A DNA stretch of 61,871 nt, counting the filler, from Theionarchaea archaeon (GTDB taxonomy: Archaea; Methanobacteriota_B; Thermococci; Methanofastidiosales; SZ-28-30): NCBI GenBank assembly GCA_018992565.1. It is 4 parts of 4 records of this genome, joined end to end, with 100 filler letters (N's around TTAATTAATTAA, not from the genome) between each part and the next. Parts side by side here need not be neighbours in the genome. Positions count along the whole stretch, not along the records: positions 25,619 to 50,937 come from JACVGW010000034.1; 3 more parts are not named here. One strand, 5' to 3'. Positions 31,140-38,789 of this stretch are shown piece after piece. The notes below the pieces were generated by a model. That model made no database searches and had not been told where the DNA came from. It saw nothing but the letters and a program-made list of their open reading frames with translations. Numbering within the stretch: the first letter of the stretch is position 1; the number at the start of each line of letters is the position of its first letter. Both the position numbers and the translations under genes were made by a program.

Positions 31140-31304
31140 GTGATGGCCAAATTGATAGAATCGGGAAACACAGATGATGCCGTAATACTTGGAGAATGCG
31201 TCTTAGGTGGCGAACCTCTCAACGGAGATTGTGTTATTTACGGTTCCAAGCCTCATCTTACATATTGTATTTGGGGTGGTCTTCCACAATACAAACCTTG
31301 GTAA
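31140..31304 (+). CDS. Putative RiPP precursor peptide C (54 aa from GTG; alternative ATG at 31143)
   Basis: GGAGGTG RBS: MMAKLIESGNTDDAVILGECVLGGEPLNGDCVIYGSKPHLTYCIWGGLPQYKPW*. Confidence 0.85.
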   Translation: MMAKLIESGNTDDAVILGECVLGGEPLNGDCVIYGSKPHLTYCIWGGLPQYKPW

Positions 31305-31360
31305 CGAACCATGCACTTCTGAGAAACTGTCAAGGCTTGGAGGCTTGTTATGTACTTGCG

Positions 31361-31477
31361 TGCTACATCATCGGTGAAACCTCCCGTAAGGAGCAGAACT
31401 ACGGCAAATCTCCTACAGGGGTGTGAGATTGTGGTAGTGGTGGAGCTCCGGGTCTTGGATGTTGGTACATGTCTTAG
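31361..31477 (+). pseudogene. Decayed copy of precursor B core
   Basis: CYIIGETSRKEQN---YGKSPTGV*DCGSGGAPG aligns with VCIIGGTPTKEQDCVPYGKFPAGIGDCGIGGTPG; no leader, 9-nt deletion, in-frame TGA. Confidence 0.7.
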
Positions 31478-31824
31478 ATAACGCAAGTACCTGAACAAGC
31501 GAAACAGAATGTTCTTTTCTTTTACTTTACCTTCTTCTTTGCACATGGGTATTTCAGCGCTTCAAGAACCATCAGTGCGATGGAATCGAGTGACCAAAGA
31601 GTGAGCACATTCATTTCCAACAGGTTCAACAGGTGTTAGAAATCTAACTGGAAAGATATTAGTATCGGATTTAGAATGAGATGTAGTATAGACATGGCCT
31701 CTCTTGGGAGTTAATCTTTCACATAGGGAAATGATTCGCAACTCTTGAACAAGTATTTGAAGCATAAAATACTTGACGGCCTACTTGAGAAGAAAGACTT
31801 TTATGAGAATCCTGGTCTTTCAAC

Positions 31825-33216
31825 ATGATGCAAGCAGTATTACAAGAGGCTGTCCGTCTGTTAAGAACCCACAGAGAGGGAAAGATATCACTTGTATCCC
31901 ATCTGGATGCTGATGGAATTGCTGCAGCCTCTATTCTTTCAAAAGCCTTAGACAGAGAAGGAATTCACCATACTGTCACGTGTATGAAGCTCGACCAAAT
32001 CCCGGATGTAGAGCCTGCAGACCTCATACTCTTCTCCGATCTGGGGAGTGGGCAGCTCAATCATCTGTCTCACCTTGATCACTGCGCAAAAATCATTCTA
32101 GATCACCATCCCCCTTTGGAGTATTCTGTACATAATGCAGTTCATGTGAATCCCAACCTTTCTGGATATGATGGTTCTTCTGAGATCTCAGGGGCAGGTA
32201 TTTCGTACCTTTTTGCCAGGGCGCTGGACAGAGAAAACGCAGACCTGGCACCACTGGCTATCGTTGGGGCATGTGGAGATATGCAGGATTTTGGCAGGTT
32301 ATCCGGGTTGAACAGGGAGATTCTCGAGGATGCCCACAGCACAGGCCTACTGGAGTATGGCGATGATCTTTTGTTGTATGGCAGGTACACCAGGCCCCTG
32401 TTTAAGTCACTGCAGTACTTCTCGGATCCTTTTGTCCCCGGTATTACAGGCAATGAATTCGGATGCAAACAACTTCTGGAAACCCTCAACATAGGAAAGA
32501 AGGACGTCCAGTGGGTTACCCTGTCTGATTTGTCCTTTCAGGAAAAGAAGATTCTGGCATCTGAGCTGGTGAAACGAAGCATCCATCATGCTCCACCTGA
32601 TCTCGGGAGGTACATACCACAGATGATAATTGGGGAGAGCTACTCCCTCACCCATGAAGAGCTATCATCCCCACTCAAAGACTGCAATGAGTTTGCCACC
32701 TGTCTGAATGCATGCGGCAGGAGAGGCAGATTTGAGGTGGGAATCGAGGTGGCAAAGGGGAACAGGGGAATCTACTATGATATGCTGGTTACTCTGCTTC
32801 AGGAACACAGGGCTTCCATTGCCTGTGCTCTGGAGAATATGTCCAACACACCAGTCAGGAGAATAAGCGGATTGCAGGTCATTGATGGGTCAGGCATCCC
32901 GGATACCATTGTGGGGACGTGCACCCAGATGCTCCTGGGACAGAATGGCATAGACACATACGCTCCCTTGATGGCCTATACACCATCAGACCGAGATCCT
33001 GACGTTTATAAGATATCTGCGCGGTGTTCGAGGCTGCTCCTGTACAGAAACATTCACATGGGGAAAGCCATGAGAAATGCCGCACGTGAGGCAGGGGGAG
33101 AAGGAGGAGGCCATGCCCCTGCGTGTGGTGCATACATACCAGCCGGGCATCTTGATGAGTTTGTTCAACACTTTGCGGGGCTGCTCTCTCTCCAGCTGGG
33201 CCAACCTCATGGATAA
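31825..33216 (+). CDS. Archaeal RecJ-like DHH/DHHA1 exonuclease (GAN/Cdc45-related)
   Basis: SHLDADG, DLGSG, LDHH, GACGDMQ, LNACGR, GGGH. Confidence 0.88.
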   Translation: MMQAVLQEAVRLLRTHREGKISLVSHLDADGIAAASILSKALDREGIHHTVTCMKLDQIPDVEPADLILFSDLGSGQLNHLSHLDHCAKIILDHHPPLEYSVHNAVHVNPNLSGYDGSSEISGAGISYLFARALDRENADLAPLAIVGACGDMQDFGRLSGLNREILEDAHSTGLLEYGDDLLLYGRYTRPLFKSLQYFSDPFVPGITGNEFGCKQLLETLNIGKKDVQWVTLSDLSFQEKKILASELVKRSIHHAPPDLGRYIPQMIIGESYSLTHEELSSPLKDCNEFATCLNACGRRGRFEVGIEVAKGNRGIYYDMLVTLLQEHRASIACALENMSNTPVRRISGLQVIDGSGIPDTIVGTCTQMLLGQNGIDTYAPLMAYTPSDRDPDVYKISARCSRLLLYRNIHMGKAMRNAAREAGGEGGGHAPACGAYIPAGHLDEFVQHFAGLLSLQLGQPHG

Positions 33217-33240
33217 AAGGTTCTGACCAAAAAGATCCTT

Positions 33241-34035
33241 CTACACTGTAAAAGTCTTCATTTTCTCATCAAATAGAGTGTCTACATCTTCTTTTGCACA
33301 TGACAACACTCTCTGGTCACCTCTTGAACACAAGTATGCTGCACATAACCCATACATGACTGCAGGCTCTGTACGTTCGGACTTCAGGTAACGAACCAGA
33401 AATCCAGCAACAAAGGCGTCTTTTACTCTTCTGGGTTCTTGATCCTTTTCAATGAACGAAGGAATGATCTTCCCATTGACCTCAATCCCTTTCTCAAAAT
33501 CCATGATTACTGTGGTTTTCCCTTCCCTTTTCGTGGTAGTAAACACGATATCTGCTTCTACATCGGCAAATTCCGTATCAGTGCTGGTGATTCTCCTCTG
33601 GGTTTTGACTCTCTTCACGATAGTCTCTGCTATGCGTGAATCTGGAAAACAGATGTGGACTATCTTTGCCTGTTTCAGGTAGTCTTTTGCTATCTTATCA
33701 GGATCTAAATCTGAAGTGGCACCTTCATAGTACATGGTGTAATGCTTCCTGGCAGTGTATAACTCAATGTAATTGGGAGTCTTCTGCGAAGAAAGTACAA
33801 TGTTGGAATAGTCCACTGAGTATCTGCGCAGGATGTCCATGAGACCCGTGGCATCTCTTCCTACTGGGGCGATAATGCCTACATCGGCCCCCAGCAACGA
33901 AGCATTGAGAGCAACTCCGAGGGTGGAACCTGAAAACCGTTCCCTGTACTCAGAAACGGGATTGAGAGCTCCCGGCTTCAAAGATGTCCTGAGAATACTG
34001 TGAATATTGATGGTACCGATGACCAGCAGGTCCAT
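33241..34035 (-). CDS. PfkB/ribokinase-fold protein with degenerate catalytic motif
   Basis: N-terminal VIGTINI...SGS..VA..ASLLG...VGRD; C-terminal RRVKDAFVAGF in place of TGAGDAF. Confidence 0.7.
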   Translation of the reverse strand: MDLLVIGTINIHSILRTSLKPGALNPVSEYRERFSGSTLGVALNASLLGADVGIIAPVGRDATGLMDILRRYSVDYSNIVLSSQKTPNYIELYTARKHYTMYYEGATSDLDPDKIAKDYLKQAKIVHICFPDSRIAETIVKRVKTQRRITSTDTEFADVEADIVFTTTKREGKTTVIMDFEKGIEVNGKIIPSFIEKDQEPRRVKDAFVAGFLVRYLKSERTEPAVMYGLCAAYLCSRGDQRVLSCAKEDVDTLFDEKMKTFTV

Positions 34036-34413
34036 GCATCATCTGCATTCGTACGTTTTTATAGTTACTGATACGCCGGGCTGCTTGATCTGATGGTATT
34101 GTGTGACGCACTCACGTGTGTGACAGGATTCAGGTTGGTAGATTCACTTGACGAAGATCAATGCCAGTCAGACACCAAAGTAGTGGCCCACAGCAACGGT
34201 GAGTTGACATGGGGATATGTTACTCAGGAGTCCTGACCTGTCAATGCGTGAAGCATTTTGTTTCAGCCAGAGGGTTGGTTGTGTCTTGACATGTTCTTCT
34301 TGCCTATCTCTCTGCACATTTTACGAAAACAGAAGGGAAGAAAGGGGCTACCTTTATATAATCCGATTAATATATGAAGGTAAGAACTCATCGAACCAAT
34401 TCTGGGTGAGTCA

Positions 34414-34779
34414 ATGAAAGTACTCATAGTAGACGATAGGAAAGAAATGCTGGACGTCATGGAAGAGGTCCTCAAAATGAGAGGAGACGAAGTAGTGGCC
34501 AGAGCGTCCACTGGAGAGCAGGCTGTGGAATTGTACGACGAAACAAAACCAGATCTTGTTCTCATGGACATTCTGCTTCCAGATATTAGCGGGGCTGAAG
34601 CGACAAGAAGGATTATTGAAAAGGATGAGAATGCGAGGATTCTGGCCATCAGTGCATTTAACAAAGAAAGGCTGGAAGAAGACTGCTTGAAAGCCGGCTG
34701 CAAAGCATTTCTGGCAAAACCCTTTTCTGTACAGCAGTTGTATGATGCTATGGAGAAGACATCTCAAGACCAATCCTGA
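34414..34779 (+). CDS. Single-domain response regulator (CheY-like receiver)
   Basis: KVLIVDD, PDLVLMDILLP, ISA, AKPF. Confidence 0.92.
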   Translation: MKVLIVDDRKEMLDVMEEVLKMRGDEVVARASTGEQAVELYDETKPDLVLMDILLPDISGAEATRRIIEKDENARILAISAFNKERLEEDCLKAGCKAFLAKPFSVQQLYDAMEKTSQDQS

Positions 34780-34952
34780 TTCAAGAGATGATCCATGGCA
34801 TGAATGGTATTGATGCTCTAGGTTGAGTGGGGTCATGACATCTGTGTTATTGCCCGAAGGATGGGTAGGAGGGCAGGTGAGAGTGGTGGTTCCCTTTAGA
34901 GAACCTGCGGTCAGAAAAGCTTATAAGACACTAGTTTACCACAATCAAGACA

Positions 34953-36227
34953 TTGAGGCGATCGCATGGGACAACGATTATCCGACGGTTAAGGACTTCC
35001 ATAAAGGAAAAAAGACGCATGGTGGTTTCCCTAGCTGACAAACTTGAATTCATTTCTGTTCGAGCTACAGTTTTCAGGCAGGGAATACTCTCTCTCGTAC
35101 TAGCTTCTCTGGGATCTCTTGTGGGAGGTATCATTCTGGGAACGTTTTCTGAAATGCTGGAATTCTTTCCGGGGTTGATGATTATGGTCCCCGCTGCTAT
35201 TGGCATGAGGGGTAACATTTTTGCTTCACTGGGCTCCCGAATGAGTACCTCTCTGCACATGGGAGAAATCTCCAGGCTGAGTCGTTCCCCTGTTATCACA
35301 GGGAACATTTCTGCTTCTCTGTTCCTCACTATCATTGTCTCATTCTTTCTGGGAGCGTTGTCCCGGACGACTGCTCATATATTTGGGTTTGCTTCCATTT
35401 CGTTTGTTGACCTGGTAGTGGTGTCAGTCATTGGGGGATTAATTTCCAGCCTTCTGATACTGGTGTTCACTCTCCTGGTAGCAGTCCAGAGTTTTCTGAG
35501 AGGATGGGACCCGGACAATGTCACTGCCCCTCTGATTACTTCTGTGGGTGATTTGATAACGTTGCCCTGCTTATTCATAGCAACCCGGTTTCTCGGAGCA
35601 CGGTTTGTGGTATTTGCTGCTATTGTGGTAGTCTGTGTGGTGAGCGGAATAATCATGGTGAAGAGAAGAACTCCTCTACCCACACGTATCATAAAAGACA
35701 GTCTGGGAATCCTGGTGATATCTGCTTGCTTGAGCACAGGATCAGGTCTCCTCATTAACAGCAGAATCCAACAGTTTCTCATCATGAGTGGACTGCTCAC
35801 CCTGGTTCCCCCCTTCCTGGAGGGAGGAGGGGCTCTGGGAGGCATCCTGAGCTCTCGACTGTCTACAGGGCTTCACCTGGGTATGATAGAATCCACCTGG
35901 AGACCGAGCTCAGATGCACTGGAGGATTTCTCTGTCATTACCCTCCTGGGGATAACACTGTTCCCTGCCATTGGCGTCCTGGCATTTGGTGCCAGTACAT
36001 TCCTGGGATTGGATTTTCCTCCACTGTATCTCGTGGTTCAGGCATGTCTGTATGCTGGGGTGCTCATAGCTGTGGTGGTCTGCTTCCTTTCTTACTATGC
36101 TGCTGTTGCTTCCACTCGATTTGGACTTGATCCTGACAGTGTGGTCATCCCCATGATATCTGGGTTCATGGATTTTCTGGGGACCAACTGCCTCCTGGTT
36201 GCCTTGGTTGCTCTAGGAATTGCCTGA
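34953..36227 (+). CDS. MgtE/SLC41-type divalent cation transporter (duplicated membrane domain); start uncertain
   Basis: GMRGNI, WDPDNVTAPLITSVGD, and second copy LDPDSVVIPMISGFMD. Confidence 0.88.
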   Translation: MRRSHGTTIIRRLRTSIKEKRRMVVSLADKLEFISVRATVFRQGILSLVLASLGSLVGGIILGTFSEMLEFFPGLMIMVPAAIGMRGNIFASLGSRMSTSLHMGEISRLSRSPVITGNISASLFLTIIVSFFLGALSRTTAHIFGFASISFVDLVVVSVIGGLISSLLILVFTLLVAVQSFLRGWDPDNVTAPLITSVGDLITLPCLFIATRFLGARFVVFAAIVVVCVVSGIIMVKRRTPLPTRIIKDSLGILVISACLSTGSGLLINSRIQQFLIMSGLLTLVPPFLEGGGALGGILSSRLSTGLHLGMIESTWRPSSDALEDFSVITLLGITLFPAIGVLAFGASTFLGLDFPPLYLVVQACLYAGVLIAVVVCFLSYYAAVASTRFGLDPDSVVIPMISGFMDFLGTNCLLVALVALGIA

Positions 36228-37143
36228 TGTTCTCTGCAATTCGGGACAGATCAACTTTCTGAGGAGAGCTCGCTATGGCCTGTTCAGGTTTGCCCCCTCC
36301 CTTTCCCTCAGGAAGGAGGGTGCGTATGAGTTGCCTGCAGTCCAGGTTGAGGCTGGGAGAACAGCCTGCTACCAGAAACGTGTCCTCGACCTGCTCCACG
36401 GTTACTACCAGACAGGAATTCTCTCTTGTAAGACGGGCTGCTTCTCTCTGAATTGTCTTCCTGTCTCCTCCCGGAACTTCAACACAGTAAACTGGAATCC
36501 CCTCCATATATTCGGGCTGTACATTCGACAGGACCTGTGAGGTCAGGAGACGTACAGATTCTGTGAGCAGATGAGTCCTGTCTTTCAAGTTATGCAGAGT
36601 CGGAATGACCTGATCCATAGAAGTTTTCAACTCGTGGGCCACATTCCGGGCCAATGCTGCCCGCTTCACTGCCTCTACCTTTGCCTTTTGGGCCACTTCA
36701 AACTCTATCTCATATTCATGAGGTCCTGTAGAATTGACCCGCGTGATGATGATAACCTCAATAACACCCGTGCGGGCCACATGCTGACCCACGCAGGCTG
36801 CCCAGTCAAAGTTGTCCACCTCCACAACTGTAACAGAGGCATCAGATATCCTGTCCCATCTCACTCTCAATCGTGGGTAGTCTCTCATCGCTTCTTCTCG
36901 GGATTTCACTACTGTAGTAACCGACAAATCCTGTGCAATAATGCTGTTGGCAAGCAGTTCTGCTTGCAGAAGACGCTCACCTTCAAGTTCTTCACTGTAG
37001 GTGACCAGGAAGTAATTTCTCTCCCCCAGTTCAACCTTCTTCACTTTTATTCCTTCAAATACGGTAGATAATGCTCGAAATAGTATGTGCTCTCCCGTGT
37101 GAGCCTTTGCAGCTTCACCAGGAGGGATATTCTCTCGTTCCAT
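36166..37143 (-). CDS. AlaX-like tRNA editing protein with C-terminal DHHA1 domain
   Basis: HTGEH and ACVGQH zinc motifs; C-terminal GKGGGK. Confidence 0.8.
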   Translation of the reverse strand: MERENIPPGEAAKAHTGEHILFRALSTVFEGIKVKKVELGERNYFLVTYSEELEGERLLQAELLANSIIAQDLSVTTVVKSREEAMRDYPRLRVRWDRISDASVTVVEVDNFDWAACVGQHVARTGVIEVIIITRVNSTGPHEYEIEFEVAQKAKVEAVKRAALARNVAHELKTSMDQVIPTLHNLKDRTHLLTESVRLLTSQVLSNVQPEYMEGIPVYCVEVPGGDRKTIQREAARLTRENSCLVVTVEQVEDTFLVAGCSPSLNLDCRQLIRTLLPEGKGGGKPEQAIASSPQKVDLSRIAENIRQFLEQPRQPGGSWSPENP

Positions 37144-37149
37144 AAGAAA

Positions 37150-38595
37150 TCACCTCTTTGGTAGCAAGATGAGCCCTCTTGGAGAGATATCTAATGCATA
37201 CCTCACCGGGCTATCTACCATTCCGCGTATCCATAAAATGCGGAACTCATCATCTTCAATTTCAAAAACGCCATCCAACAGAAATTTCAATGAATTCTCA
37301 ATTTTTTGATCATTTACTCCTTTCTCTACAATGAAAAGGCCTGTCCACCCCCATTCTTTGAATCGGGATGCCTGATTGACGGCGAATTTGATAACCTGTT
37401 CAGGATCAGAATACAACATCACGTTAGAGAGAGAGTCAATGACGCAGATGCCCTGCTGTATGTCCATGGCCTGGTGGGCATCGGATAAAACCATGGCAAA
37501 ATCAGTGAGAGAACTGGTATCGATGGGAGCCGAATACATGTGTGGCGATTTTTGCCTCCGGGGATAACAGTCCACAAAGATGAGGGTTCCATCCTGCTCA
37601 AACGACGAGACATCCTTGTTGAACCGCAGGAAGTTCCTTCTCACATCATCAGGAGGTGAATTCACGCTGAGATAGATGGCCCCTTTGTTGTTGAGAAGTT
37701 CTCCATAGAGATAATGCTGAGCCCACAGCTGCTTCAGGGGGCCCGGGTCTCCGAAGAGCAGAATATTCATGGGCATATCCTGGGGAACAGGATATTCGTC
37801 CAGCAGTCCCACTGAGTCCCACCCACAGTGAACCAGAGGGCGGAATTCAGGAGATGGCGGAATAAACCGGAAGGCAGCCAGAGCTTCATGGAGAAGAGCC
37901 TGGATGAATTGCTTGTATGCTGCAGCATCCAGCACCCGGAATGTATATCCTTTGTCTCTGACGAATTCCTTTATGATACCCCTGGATCTCATGTCCTGGA
38001 CTGCAGCCATGACTTCTTCTCTGCAGTCTTTCATATCCGAGAAGGTTACCCTCATGATCCTTCGGTTGAGAGCTGACACTCTGATATACGCTCTGATCTG
38101 CCTGATAGCCTGCTGGAATGGTTCTTCTCTAAAGGGGAATTCAAAGAAGGTGTAAAGTGTCCTGGGGGCTTTCACAGTGTCTCCTTCCAGGTAGGCAAGT
38201 CCTGAGCGCTGCAACGTGGTCATTATTCTATTGTACGCCTCCTCCAATGGCTTGAAAGAACGCAGAAACTGGATCTCCAGTTCCTCCAGGTGAGGATACA
38301 TGAACGTCAGGATGAAAAAGAATTCTGGCGTCATCACGTCTTGAGACATGCTGCGGACCCTCTCCTTTATGAGCTGTTCAGCAGCAGCCAGCCCCTGGGA
38401 TGTAAGGGTTAGGTAGCTCCCCCTGTCAGAAAGTACGCGGAAGGCCACCAGAAGACCTGTTTCTTTCGTTGGCACAATTCTCCGGGAATACGTGTACTCT
38501 GTATATGAGCGCAGCAGTGTGTTCATGACTTGTGTGATATACTGGCTGCTGTACCCGTAGCTTTTCAGTGTTTTCACAAAAGACTCCAAGCTCAT
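37150..38595 (-). CDS. RAD55/KaiC-like ATPase domain with a long N-terminal extension
   Basis: NILLFGDPGPLKQ (degenerate Walker A), IFVDCY, VIDSLS, LLDGVFE. Confidence 0.75.
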   Translation of the reverse strand: MSLESFVKTLKSYGYSSQYITQVMNTLLRSYTEYTYSRRIVPTKETGLLVAFRVLSDRGSYLTLTSQGLAAAEQLIKERVRSMSQDVMTPEFFFILTFMYPHLEELEIQFLRSFKPLEEAYNRIMTTLQRSGLAYLEGDTVKAPRTLYTFFEFPFREEPFQQAIRQIRAYIRVSALNRRIMRVTFSDMKDCREEVMAAVQDMRSRGIIKEFVRDKGYTFRVLDAAAYKQFIQALLHEALAAFRFIPPSPEFRPLVHCGWDSVGLLDEYPVPQDMPMNILLFGDPGPLKQLWAQHYLYGELLNNKGAIYLSVNSPPDDVRRNFLRFNKDVSSFEQDGTLIFVDCYPRRQKSPHMYSAPIDTSSLTDFAMVLSDAHQAMDIQQGICVIDSLSNVMLYSDPEQVIKFAVNQASRFKEWGWTGLFIVEKGVNDQKIENSLKFLLDGVFEIEDDEFRILWIRGMVDSPVRYALDISPRGLILLPKR

Positions 38596-38789
38596 TACAA
38601 ATGCTTTAGAAAAAAGAGTTAAAAAGGTTGTCAAGCACCTTGGCTGTTACACTCCTTTGAGATGATTTGTTCAGAACTGGCAACCTACGGGAACACACGT
38701 CTTAAGGGTGCCTCAGAATCTCCCTCTTTCTCCTTTCCGGTTCAACTTCAAATGCAACATCTTCTCATAATAAAAGGAAAGGAAGCAGG

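Noticed and set aside
31424..31426. In-frame TGA in the fourth precursor-like sequence read as selenocysteine
   Set aside because: It aligns with a Gly (GGA) of peptide B rather than a Cys. The copy also lacks a leader and has other lesions, so pseudogenisation is the simpler explanation.
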